From contig JAAOYA010000008.1 in NCBI GenBank assembly GCA_018221105.1, forward strand, positions 192,648-256,647: a stretch of 64,000 nt of DNA, in the 5' to 3' direction. Position numbers and translations under genes: made by a program. This DNA is from Candidatus Woesearchaeota archaeon. Lineage in GTDB: Archaea; Nanobdellota; Nanobdellia; Woesearchaeales; JAAOYA01. Below are positions 34,869 to 43,911 of this stretch, one piece after another; position 1 is the stretch's first letter; every line of letters begins with the position of its first letter. Under the pieces are notes generated by a model, which was not told the origin of the DNA, searched no databases, and worked only from the letters and a program-made list of their open reading frames with translations.

Positions 34869-36023
34869 ATGGTAGAAGATTTAATACAGACAGGTGTAGA
34901 TAAACTAGTTAATTTAATCGCTGAAAAAAAACGTATTAGTGTAGATGAAGCTGCAAAAATTCTTAATGTTTCAAAAGTTGTTATAGAAGAATGGGCTGAT
35001 TTTTTAGAAGAAGAAGGCGTCATAAGCATAGAGTACAAGTTCACAACAACTTATTTGGTAGAGCGCAAACTATCAAAAAAAGAAGTTGAGACTAAAGCTA
35101 AAGAGTTCGAAAGCAAAGGTGAAGGTTTTGTTCGAAAAGTTGAGTCATCAATCTCAGGAATTGACAAAAATACTGAGTGGGTTGAACAAATAAAAAACGA
35201 ATTTGCAAACTTAAAAGGAGAAATTGGTGACGAATTATTAGCTGTTCAAGACGATCTAAAACAATTAGAAAAGTATGAAGATCTCAAAAAAAATATTGAT
35301 TCTCAAATGCAAGAACAACACGAGCTTTTTCGAGAGCAATTAGAAGAAATGCACTCAGAGTTTAACAAAGAACAAGAACGATACTCAGAATTATTGCATA
35401 GTATTGGAGCTCAAGAAAAGTTTTTAGATGACAAAAAAAAATATTTTGATAACTTACGCGATTACGAAGATCGCTTAAAAGACAAGATTGGAGAATTAAC
35501 AGGATCACTACAAGAAATAAAAAATAAAATTGTAGGTGAAGAAGAAGAAATCAGTGACAGCGAAAAAAACTTATATGCCTTGCACACTAAATCTCAAGAT
35601 ATAAAAAAACGTTTAGAAAAAGAAGCAGAAAAATTTGCTGATTTGAGCAAACAATCAGAAAAACACGAGAGAAAAATTTTAGAATTACAAGATCAAACAC
35701 TCAAAAAAGTTGCTGAGCGAGAAAAAGTCATTGAAGAAAATGTTGGCAAAGGAAAAGAAATGGAAGAAAAGTTCAAAAAGTTTTTTGCAAGAAAAGCACA
35801 AATTGATGACTTAGTAAAAAAATTAGAGTCTGACAAAAACGAAATGAAACAAGAACTTATTGAAATCATAAGAAAAGCAACAGCTTATGATATTACTATG
35901 AAGTCAACTAATGCAAAAAAATACATTGGTGAATTAGAAAAGAAATTTCGAGAAATTGAAAAACGCAAAGAAACTTTTGAAAAACAAATACAACAATTCA
36001 AGCAAACAGTACTAGCAGCTTAA
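34869..36023 (+). CDS. coiled-coil protein with N-terminal winged-helix-like domain, pilus-locus associated
   Basis: N-terminal about 70-aa globular segment (ISVDEAAKILNVSKVVIEEWADFLEEEGVISI), then about 300 aa of E/K/L coiled coil. Immediately precedes the secretion ATPase. Confidence 0.4.
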   Translation: MVEDLIQTGVDKLVNLIAEKKRISVDEAAKILNVSKVVIEEWADFLEEEGVISIEYKFTTTYLVERKLSKKEVETKAKEFESKGEGFVRKVESSISGIDKNTEWVEQIKNEFANLKGEIGDELLAVQDDLKQLEKYEDLKKNIDSQMQEQHELFREQLEEMHSEFNKEQERYSELLHSIGAQEKFLDDKKKYFDNLRDYEDRLKDKIGELTGSLQEIKNKIVGEEEEISDSEKNLYALHTKSQDIKKRLEKEAEKFADLSKQSEKHERKILELQDQTLKKVAEREKVIEENVGKGKEMEEKFKKFFARKAQIDDLVKKLESDKNEMKQELIEIIRKATAYDITMKSTNAKKYIGELEKKFREIEKRKETFEKQIQQFKQTVLAA

Positions 36024-36024
36024 G

Positions 36025-37623
36025 GTGATTATCATGACAAAAAAAGAGGCAGAAAGACCAAAAAAAAGAGTAGAACAAAGCACTCCAACACAAAAAGTGG
36101 CTCCTACACAAGTAACAAAACCACTTGTTGAAAAACCAAAAGAGCAAGAAGTAATCTTAGAGTATTCTTACAAGTCCAAAAACATGCCTATCAATATTAG
36201 AATTTATAAAACTGAAGGCGAATTCATACCAATCTACGAAGTTAGCATTGCAACCATCAGTAGGACTACAGAAATTATTTTAGAAAAAATTCGCCAAGAA
36301 TTAATCAAGCAAGTCCGCTTAGGAATGGTTGACTTGACAGATACAAAAAAAGCAGGTCTTGTAGAAGAACGATTTTCTGACACTATAGGAGACTTGATTA
36401 ACAGATACTTTCCAGATATTGACGATCAACACAAAGGATTTTTGACAACTTATTTAATTCAAAGAGCTCTTGGAATGGGAAGAATTGAAATTTTGATGGA
36501 TGACAAACAATTAGAAGAAGTCGCCATAAACTCTTCTGATGAACCAGTATGGGTTTATCACCAGAAAACTGGTTGGTTAAAAACAAACATTACAGTCGAA
36601 GACGAAGATCAAACACGCCATTATGCAACAATGATTGGTCGAAAAGTTGGAAGACAAATAAGTATTTTAGATCCACTTTTAGACGCGCATTTGAATGAAG
36701 GCGACCGTGTCAACGCCACGCTAATGCCTATTAGCACTTTTGGAAATAGTATAACACTGCGTAAATTTTCTCGTGATCCATGGACTATAACTTCATTTTT
36801 GAAGTTTAAAACGTTAAGCATTGAAGCAGCAGCTCTTATTTGGACTGCAATACAGTACGAGCTTTCAGCACTAGTTGTTGGCGGAACAGCTAGCGGCAAA
36901 ACATCTATGCTTAATGTTGTCAGCAACTTTTTTCCACCAACACAACGTGTTATTTCGATTGAAGATACTCGTGAGATTCGACTGCCAAAATATCAACACT
37001 GGCTTGCTATGAGCACGAGAACAGCCAATGCTGAAGGTCGCGGCGAGGTTAGCATGCTTGATTTACTAGTCAACTCTCTAAGACAACGTCCTGACAGAAT
37101 AATAGTAGGAGAAGTTAGACGAAAGCGTGAAGCTGAAACATTGTTCGAAGCTATTCATACAGGTCACTCAGTATACGCAACATTTCACGCAAACACTGCA
37201 GAAGAAGCTGTTACAAGACTTACAAACCCCCCTATTGAAGTACCAAAAATCATGCTGCCAGCGATATCAATGCTATTAGTACAATATCGTAATAGGCGCA
37301 CTGGAATGCGTCGAACATTTCAGTTGGCAGAAGTATTGCCTGATGGCAACAGCAATGTGATTTTACAATATGATGCTAAAAGAGATAACATGCTGGCAGC
37401 CAACAAGTCAAAAGCCTTGATGGATACTCTAGAATTATTTACTGGGCACACACAAAAAGAATTAAACAGTGAACTAAAAGAAAAAGTTCAACTATTAAAA
37501 ATAATGGTCCAAAAAAACATTGAAGGAATTGATGATGTTGGACTTGTAATGGCTCACTATTATACTAATAAAGAAAAACTGTTCAAAGAACTAAAAACAA
37601 ACAAGTTCAAAATAGGTGATTAA
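36025..37623 (+). CDS. type II/IV secretion-system ATPase (archaeal PilB/FlaI/TadA family)
   Basis: Walker A VVGGTASGKTSMLN. Asp box, Walker B and His box (ISIEDTREIRLP...RPDRIIVGEVR...HTGH). 532 aa. Confidence 0.85.
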   Translation: MIIMTKKEAERPKKRVEQSTPTQKVAPTQVTKPLVEKPKEQEVILEYSYKSKNMPINIRIYKTEGEFIPIYEVSIATISRTTEIILEKIRQELIKQVRLGMVDLTDTKKAGLVEERFSDTIGDLINRYFPDIDDQHKGFLTTYLIQRALGMGRIEILMDDKQLEEVAINSSDEPVWVYHQKTGWLKTNITVEDEDQTRHYATMIGRKVGRQISILDPLLDAHLNEGDRVNATLMPISTFGNSITLRKFSRDPWTITSFLKFKTLSIEAAALIWTAIQYELSALVVGGTASGKTSMLNVVSNFFPPTQRVISIEDTREIRLPKYQHWLAMSTRTANAEGRGEVSMLDLLVNSLRQRPDRIIVGEVRRKREAETLFEAIHTGHSVYATFHANTAEEAVTRLTNPPIEVPKIMLPAISMLLVQYRNRRTGMRRTFQLAEVLPDGNSNVILQYDAKRDNMLAANKSKALMDTLELFTGHTQKELNSELKEKVQLLKIMVQKNIEGIDDVGLVMAHYYTNKEKLFKELKTNKFKIGD

Positions 37624-37700
37624 ATATTGTTTCAAGAACTTTCATCAGACGTTTTAGTAAACAATTCGACCAGCTACCACTAAAACTACAACAAGCAGGA

Positions 37701-38462
37701 ATGCCTGACACTGTTGAAGATTTTGTAAAAAAAATATTTGTCACAAGCTTTTACTTTGCTATAGGACTGGCTTTTTTTTTACTGATGATTTTTTTAAGAG
37801 TATCTGAAGGAGCAATCTCTCTAACTTTTTTGTTGTTCATGCTTTTTTTGCTTCCAATACTAGTATTAATAATTTTTACTTACTTATTAAAAATTCCTGA
37901 TGCTAGAATAATAAAAGCGCAAAAAAATGTTGGTCGAGAAATTGTTTTTGCAACAAGATTTTTGTTAATTGAAATAGAAAGTGGTGTGGCACTATATAAT
38001 GCTATGACCAATATTTCAAAAAATTATGAGCAAGTAGGAAAGTATTTTAGCGATCTCATAAATAAAGTAGACCTTGGAACAAAAATGGAAGACGCCCTAT
38101 CTGAAGCAGTAGAATTAGCGCCTTCTGAAGATTTAAAAAAAATTTTTTGGCAGATAATGAACTCTTTAAGCACGGGAGCTGATATTACACATTCATTAAA
38201 AGCTATTATTGCACAAATTGTTCGAGAACAACAAATTGCTGTTAAAGAATATTCAAGAAAACTAAATCCGCTAGCCATGTTCTATATGATGATGGCAGTC
38301 ATAGTACCTTCATTGGGCGTTACTATGATGGTTATACTGGCAACTTTTATGGGAATACAATTAAATCTTGTAACTTTATTATCAATAGCCCTTTTTATAG
38401 GGTTAATTCAAATGATGTTTATTGCAATGGTAAAAGGCAATAGACCAGCGGTTGACATGTAA
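37701..38462 (+). CDS. type IV pilus membrane platform protein, first T2SSF-domain half (TadB-like)
   Basis: Two N-terminal TMs, a cytoplasmic T2SSF-type helical domain (ATRFLLIEIESGVALYNAMTNIS...), then C-terminal TMs. 253 aa. Confidence 0.65.
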   Translation: MPDTVEDFVKKIFVTSFYFAIGLAFFLLMIFLRVSEGAISLTFLLFMLFLLPILVLIIFTYLLKIPDARIIKAQKNVGREIVFATRFLLIEIESGVALYNAMTNISKNYEQVGKYFSDLINKVDLGTKMEDALSEAVELAPSEDLKKIFWQIMNSLSTGADITHSLKAIIAQIVREQQIAVKEYSRKLNPLAMFYMMMAVIVPSLGVTMMVILATFMGIQLNLVTLLSIALFIGLIQMMFIAMVKGNRPAVDM

Positions 38463-38466
38463 AAAA

Positions 38467-39714
38467 ATGACACCTCCAATACTTGAAGAAATACCGGATG
38501 ATCCGATTGCACAAAAGTATAAACCGAAAAAAGAATCTAAAAGCAAAAGGTCTCTAAAAGAAAAGTTTAAGTCTTTGGTTTTGAAAAAAAAGAAGTCTGC
38601 TAGTGCAACTGCCAAGTCAGATTCTCAAAGCACTGACGAAAGATCTTCTGTTAAAGAAAAAAAGCTTGGCTTGCAAGAAAAATTTTCACAATTTCAAGCT
38701 AAAAAGAAAAAGAAAAAACTCTCACCATTACAATTACGTCATAAAAGACGTCATCGTCTTACAATGGCAGGTTATGAAAATCTCGATCTTAAAAAAGTCA
38801 ACAAAATAATATTTCAACTAGCAATAGGTATTAACTTGATAGTTACAGGTTATATTCTATATTTGCTTGCGAAAACTCAAAGTTCCTTGTTTAAAGCTAT
38901 CGGTATAACTTTTTTACTTTGGACTATTGGTTTTGGCGTTAGTATAGTACTAGCATGGCTTGCTTTTAGAACCTATATAAATTATAAAATTTTTATGCGA
39001 AAACTAGAATTAGAAAAAGTCTTACCTGACTATTTAGAATTAACATCACTTAATATCAAAGCAGGAATGCCAATTGACAGAGCACTTTGGTATTCTGTAA
39101 GACCTCGATTTGGAGTGCTTGCAAAAGAAATAGAAGTAGTAGCTAAAAAAACATTAACCGGACATGACCTTGACAAGTCACTGATTGCTTTTGCCAATAA
39201 ATTTGATTCTGACACACTAAAAAGAGCAGTTAACCTAATAAATGAAGGTATGAAAGCTGGCGGAGAAGTTGGCGATTTACTAAACAAAATTGCTCTGAAC
39301 ATTCATGAAAGTGAGATCATGAAAAAAGAAATGGCCGCCTCAGTAATGACTTACGTGATTTTTATTACTTTTGCAGCAATTGTCGCATCACCTTTTTTAA
39401 TGGCTCTAGCAAACCAACTGCTTGCAGTCGTTACAGGATTAGCATCAAATATTGATTTGCCAAGCGGTGGAGCTGTAGGAATAGCTTTTAGTTTAAGTGA
39501 AGACAGTATTAAACTATCAGATTTTAGAATATTTTCGTATGTCAGTCTGACAATAACTGCTTTTTTTTCAGGAATGATAATAAGTATCATCCGTCGAGGT
39601 AATGCTAAGGAAGGCATTAGACAACTGCCAGTTTATATAGCAGTAGCACTGACAATATTTTGGATAGCATCAAAAGTTTTGTCAAATGCTCTTGGAGGAA
39701 TACTACTACAATGA
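38467..39714 (+). CDS. type IV pilus membrane platform protein, second T2SSF-domain half (TadC-like) with K-rich N-terminal linker
   Basis: ATG 38467 (MTPPILEE...) lies 4 nt after the previous stop. The track ORF from 38452 uses a TTG. About 100-aa highly basic low-complexity segment, then TMs and a T2SSF domain (LTSLNIKAGMPIDRALWYSV...). Confidence 0.65.
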   Translation: MTPPILEEIPDDPIAQKYKPKKESKSKRSLKEKFKSLVLKKKKSASATAKSDSQSTDERSSVKEKKLGLQEKFSQFQAKKKKKKLSPLQLRHKRRHRLTMAGYENLDLKKVNKIIFQLAIGINLIVTGYILYLLAKTQSSLFKAIGITFLLWTIGFGVSIVLAWLAFRTYINYKIFMRKLELEKVLPDYLELTSLNIKAGMPIDRALWYSVRPRFGVLAKEIEVVAKKTLTGHDLDKSLIAFANKFDSDTLKRAVNLINEGMKAGGEVGDLLNKIALNIHESEIMKKEMAASVMTYVIFITFAAIVASPFLMALANQLLAVVTGLASNIDLPSGGAVGIAFSLSEDSIKLSDFRIFSYVSLTITAFFSGMIISIIRRGNAKEGIRQLPVYIAVALTIFWIASKVLSNALGGILLQ

Positions 39715-40145
39715 AACCGTTGTTTAAAGATAAAAAAGGACAAGCAGCAATGGAATTTATGATGACCTATGGTTGGGCAATACTAGCTTTACTTACTAGT
39801 GTAGGAGTGTTAGCTTACCTAGGAGTTTTAGATCCCGCGCGTTACATGAATCCAACATGTGTTATGGAAGCAGGCATTGGATGTGTTGACTTTGATATTA
39901 ACAGTGAAAAAGCACAGTTTTTTTTAGTAAATAACATTGGCCAAGATCTCACAATTATCTCTATAAATTTTAGTGATTGTGGAGCAACTTACAATTACAA
40001 ATTTCCACTTTATGACGAACATATATTTATCATAGATTGTGTTATCCCAAAAGATAAGTTCAAAGAAGAAGTTTTTGTTCGCTATATTAGTGTACAAGGA
40101 TTATTAAAGGTTCACACGGGCGAGATAAAAGCTTTTATTCACTAA
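39711..40145 (+). CDS. type IV pilin (class III signal peptide), probable major pilin
   Basis: ATG 39711 preceded by GGAGGA. MKPLFKDKKGQAAMEFMMTYGWAILALL. The upstream extension to 39660 in the track ORF is probably not real. Confidence 0.75.
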   Translation: MKPLFKDKKGQAAMEFMMTYGWAILALLTSVGVLAYLGVLDPARYMNPTCVMEAGIGCVDFDINSEKAQFFLVNNIGQDLTIISINFSDCGATYNYKFPLYDEHIFIIDCVIPKDKFKEEVFVRYISVQGLLKVHTGEIKAFIH

Positions 40146-40157
40146 AAAACCGTTAAG

Positions 40158-40165
40158 TTTAAATA
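40158..40165 (+). promoter_or_regulatory. candidate TATA box upstream of the second major pilin gene
   Basis: tttaaata about 65 nt upstream of ATG 40231, with a GAGGTGA Shine-Dalgarno at 40217-40223. Confidence 0.2.
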
Positions 40166-40230
40166 GGAGAGACGATAATTTGTATACTAATAACTCATGA
40201 TTAAACTCATAATATCGAGGTGATAGTAAG

Positions 40231-40716
40231 ATGTTTACAAAAAGAGCACAAGCAGCAATGGAATTTCTGATGACCTATGGTTGGGCCATACTAGTCGTTT
40301 TAGCTGCTATCGGAGCACTTGCATACTTTGGTGTGTTAAGCCCTGACAGATTCCTGCCAGAAAAGTGCACTATGCCAAGCGGCCTAGCATGTCTGGATTT
40401 TACCTATAATGACATATCAGGCACTAACGCTGACAACTTTACTCTAGTGCTTAAAAATTCTATGGGTATTGACTTAACAGGTGTTAATATTACAATGAAT
40501 GGTACTGGCTGTAATGTTTTGGGAATTCCTGTAGGCTCAGCTGCAATTAATGGAGATGATTCACTAGTTGATAGCGAGCAAGACCTTTACGACTTTAATT
40601 GTGGACCTACTTCAGGAAAGTTCAAAGGTGTTGTTACTGTAACTTATACCAATGCTCAAAGTGGTTTGAGAAAAACTGCTACTGGTGAAATAATCGCTAA
40701 AGTTACCAACACATAA
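40231..40716 (+). CDS. type IV pilin (class III signal peptide), probable major pilin paralogue
   Basis: MFTKRAQAAMEFLMTYGWAILVVLAAIGALAYFGV. Paralogous to 39711-40145 over the first 60 aa or so. Confidence 0.75.
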   Translation: MFTKRAQAAMEFLMTYGWAILVVLAAIGALAYFGVLSPDRFLPEKCTMPSGLACLDFTYNDISGTNADNFTLVLKNSMGIDLTGVNITMNGTGCNVLGIPVGSAAINGDDSLVDSEQDLYDFNCGPTSGKFKGVVTVTYTNAQSGLRKTATGEIIAKVTNT

Positions 40717-40720
40717 GCAC

Positions 40721-40760
40721 AACAATTTTTGTTTTTTTTTCAAAAAACAAAGTTTTTTGG
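40721..40760 (+). terminator. oligo-T archaeal terminator after the pilin gene
   Basis: ttttt, ttttttttt and tttttt runs with a small ttgttttttttt/caaaaaacaa palindrome immediately after stop 40714-40716. Confidence 0.35.
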
Positions 40761-40832
40761 AAATGCTCAAAATACAATTGTATTTTGACATTTTTCAATA
40801 CTTTTTTATACAACTAATTCTAACTCTTTTTT

Positions 40833-41684
40833 ATGACTCGAAAACCAATAGTTGCTGGAAGTTTTTACCCAGAAGATTTTAATGAGCTTGACAAAGCCAT
40901 TAATAATTCTTTTACACAGGAGCTTGGCCCTGGAGAATTGCCAGGCAAACGAACTAACAAAAAATTAAAAGCAATAATAGTGCCACATGCGGGCATAACT
41001 TATAGCGGTATGTGCGCTGCATGGGCTTATAAAGAGCTTGGAGAGAGTGTTTTTGCAAAAACTTACATTTTACTAGGCCCTAATCACTCTGGTATTGATG
41101 GTGGAGTATTGCTTGATGATTTTATGACACCTTTTGGTATTGTAAAAACTGATAAGTCACTAGCACAAAAACTAATCGCGAATGGATTGCAAGAGAGCAA
41201 AAAGTCTCATGATAGCGAGCACTCAATTGAAGTTCAACTGCCTTTTTTGCAGTTTGTAAGTCGTGATAATTTGTCAAATCTTCAAATAATTGCTATTACT
41301 ATCAGTGAAGATTATTCAAAAGCTGCTCAAGTGATTAAAAAAACATTAGAACAAACAGGCAAAGCTGATGATGTTATTTTTATTGTTAGCAGCGATTTTA
41401 CACATTATGGTCAAAGCTATAATTATATTCCTTTCGTCTATAACATAGATGAAGAACTTGACCGACTTGATGGCAAAGCCTTTGAACTGATTAAAAAATT
41501 TGATATTACAGGTTTTGATGATTTTCTAAAAGACACAAAAGCAACAATTTGCGGAGCTTATGCTATTAAAACTTTGATGCAATTAGTAGATGGCAAAGTT
41601 GAATTATTGTGTTATTATCGTTCAAGCAAACTGACAAAAGATCAAAAAAATAGTGTTAGTTACGCAAGTTTTACAATAAGTTAA
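40833..41684 (+). CDS. Memo1-family protein (AmmeMemoRadiSam system protein B)
   Basis: MTRKPIVAGSFYPED N-terminus, IIVPHAGITYSG, DHS/SEHSIEVQLPFL histidine motifs. 283 aa. Confidence 0.75.
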   Translation: MTRKPIVAGSFYPEDFNELDKAINNSFTQELGPGELPGKRTNKKLKAIIVPHAGITYSGMCAAWAYKELGESVFAKTYILLGPNHSGIDGGVLLDDFMTPFGIVKTDKSLAQKLIANGLQESKKSHDSEHSIEVQLPFLQFVSRDNLSNLQIIAITISEDYSKAAQVIKKTLEQTGKADDVIFIVSSDFTHYGQSYNYIPFVYNIDEELDRLDGKAFELIKKFDITGFDDFLKDTKATICGAYAIKTLMQLVDGKVELLCYYRSSKLTKDQKNSVSYASFTIS

Positions 41685-42859
41685 GAACGATTTTTTTCTT
41701 TTTCTAATTCTGCATCAATTACTGATTGGTCCCATCCAGCAGACAATAACTCTTTTTTTATTTTAATGTCTGGAACTTTTGATGCTAGTTCTTCATCAAT
41801 AAAAGAGTCTAACATTACAATATTTTCTTTTTTATAATTGTTGATTGTTTGTTCTATCACGTTAATCATTTCATAACGATTATTAGACATTTTTCCTGCT
41901 AAAACATCATTTTCAAAAGTTTGGCGTACCCAATTTCGAAAGTCATTGCCTTTTCTATTAACATGAGCTTCAAAAGTATCATCACCAATAGTTTTTAAAG
42001 CTTTTACCAGCTCAAAAACGCTTTTAATTGTCACACCATCTTTTAAGTTTAAGTATTGTTCTTTTTCAACTTTAGAAAATAAACGCTCGGCAACAGGGTT
42101 TATTATGATAATTGTTCTCTTGCTATACAGTAGTACTGCAAGTGATATTGAAAGAATTATTGCAAGTGCTACGAAACTTGTTTTTAAAATGTTAAATTCT
42201 GAAATATTGGATGTTTGATTGGCTACTTCTACGTCACTTACCACTATGTCTTGTTGCGATTGATCTTTAGATTCTTGAGTGTTTTGATCAACTATTTCTT
42301 GATTATCAATAGATTCTTGAACTGTTATTGGTTCTTGATTTGTTCCTATTGCAAAATAACCTTGATTGTTTATTGTTGTTTTATAATACCAGTATAGTTG
42401 ATCTGCTCCAATACTGACAATATCAAGCTCTTGCCAGCCAATATTAAACTCAAAAAATTTTATTTGTTTTGCTTCAAAATTATTTTGTGTTAACCAGTCT
42501 TTTGTAACTCTAAACTCTACAGTTTGAACTGTTATAAAATCAGTTGTGAAAGTTGTCAATAATTCAAAATACTGATAAGTGCCTAGTAGAGTTGTTGTTG
42601 AAGGTGGCGGCTCTTCAAAGCGTTTTAGTACTGCTTGTGATGTTGTCAAATCCATTTGCAAGTTAGTGTAATATTTTGTTATTGCAAAATTCTTGTTTGA
42701 AACACTAAACACTGCTGTTTGGCCTGCTTTTAGTTCACTCCAAGAATGTCGTATGACATTTTGATTTTCAAGACTACAAACTACTACTATATTAAGTATT
42801 AATAGAGCTATTATTATGCTTTTTAAAGCATTAATTTTTGATTTATTACCTCTTTTCAC
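41681..42859 (-). CDS. bitopic membrane protein with extracellular N-domain and cytoplasmic conserved domain
   Basis: Signal anchor (ALKSIIIALLILNIVVVCSL), a second TM (FVALAIILSISLAVLLY), and a C-terminal segment YLNLKDGVTIKSVFELVKALK...AHVNRKGNDFRNWVRQTF shared with the 6226-8427 protein. Confidence 0.4.
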   Translation of the reverse strand: MKRGNKSKINALKSIIIALLILNIVVVCSLENQNVIRHSWSELKAGQTAVFSVSNKNFAITKYYTNLQMDLTTSQAVLKRFEEPPPSTTTLLGTYQYFELLTTFTTDFITVQTVEFRVTKDWLTQNNFEAKQIKFFEFNIGWQELDIVSIGADQLYWYYKTTINNQGYFAIGTNQEPITVQESIDNQEIVDQNTQESKDQSQQDIVVSDVEVANQTSNISEFNILKTSFVALAIILSISLAVLLYSKRTIIIINPVAERLFSKVEKEQYLNLKDGVTIKSVFELVKALKTIGDDTFEAHVNRKGNDFRNWVRQTFENDVLAGKMSNNRYEMINVIEQTINNYKKENIVMLDSFIDEELASKVPDIKIKKELLSAGWDQSVIDAELEKEKNRS

Positions 42860-42913
42860 ACTAAATTAAGGTGTTTGTTCTTATTTAAAAGTGTTGGCTA
42901 AAAACGTTTTATT

Positions 42914-43804
42914 TTATAGCTCTTCTGAGCTAATATAACCGTGCTCTAAGCCTATTTGTTTTAGAACTCCTAAGTTATGCTTGTTATGCTTATTTTTTGG
43001 CTTATAATGTTTTTGTGCTTTTTTAGTTGTTTTTAGTTCTATTACTGGCTCAACAATTTGAGCGTGTGTAGTTATTAATGCTAGTTCTTCGCGTGACGCT
43101 AAAGTATTAATTTTTCTTTTTATGTGCTCTATTTCAACGTGTAAACGATTCTTTTGTTCTATTAAGTCATGCAGACTATTTTTTGAATGTATTTTTTTTG
43201 TTATTTGATTAAGTTTTTTTTCAAAAATGAAAATATGTTTTTCTAGTTTTTTACCTTGCTCTAAGCTTTGTTTTATTGCTGATAGTTCTTTTTTTAATAG
43301 TCGAGTATCAATTGTTTCTTTAGAAATATTTTGCTCTTTTTTTAGATTGTTTTCCAAACCTATGATTTTGTCATGCAAGTAACCAATACTTTTTTTCAGA
43401 TTGTTGTTTTTTGAATGTTTTTTATTGATTGTTAGTAATTGATTGTTTGATTGTTCTAGTTTATTGTTTAGACTGCTAATGTTTTGTTCATTGATTTTTT
43501 TATGATCTAAAAATAGATCTCGAAGTTCATCAATTGTTTTTTGTTGTGTTTTAATTTTTTGTTCTATTGGATTTAAAGAAGGCTGCTTTATTTTTCTAAT
43601 AAATTTTGTTAGTTCACTATTTTGTTTTGTTATAGAATTCAAGCCTAGTTTTATGCTTGTGAAATCTTTTTTTAATTGACCGTTAAAAGTATTATTTTGT
43701 TGTTGTTTTGTGATTAGTTCTTGTTGTTTTGATAATTGATTCATATCTTTTTTTATTTTAGAAAATGCTTCTCGCAGTGCCAGGTCTAATTGTTCTAAAT
43801 TCAT
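42914..43804 (-). CDS. coiled-coil protein (296 aa)
   Basis: Q/K/L/N-rich heptad-like sequence throughout. No TM. Confidence 0.35.
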   Translation of the reverse strand: MNLEQLDLALREAFSKIKKDMNQLSKQQELITKQQQNNTFNGQLKKDFTSIKLGLNSITKQNSELTKFIRKIKQPSLNPIEQKIKTQQKTIDELRDLFLDHKKINEQNISSLNNKLEQSNNQLLTINKKHSKNNNLKKSIGYLHDKIIGLENNLKKEQNISKETIDTRLLKKELSAIKQSLEQGKKLEKHIFIFEKKLNQITKKIHSKNSLHDLIEQKNRLHVEIEHIKRKINTLASREELALITTHAQIVEPVIELKTTKKAQKHYKPKNKHNKHNLGVLKQIGLEHGYISSEEL

Positions 43805-43911
43805 TTTGTTTCACCAAAGAAAAAAAAGGTAATATAAAAAAGAAGGGGGTTTAAAAAAACGGCTTTTGTTGTTGCACTAAAACCAATTAATAAAAAAATA
43901 AATTAATTGGT

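Noticed and set aside
38452-38466. TTG-initiated start of the second platform ORF overlapping the first by 11 nt; possible frameshifted pseudogene
   Set aside because: An in-frame ATG at 38467 lies 4 nt after the upstream stop and each ORF contains a complete T2SSF domain. Treated as a genuine split (TadB/TadC-like) rather than a pseudogene, though an assembly indel cannot be excluded.
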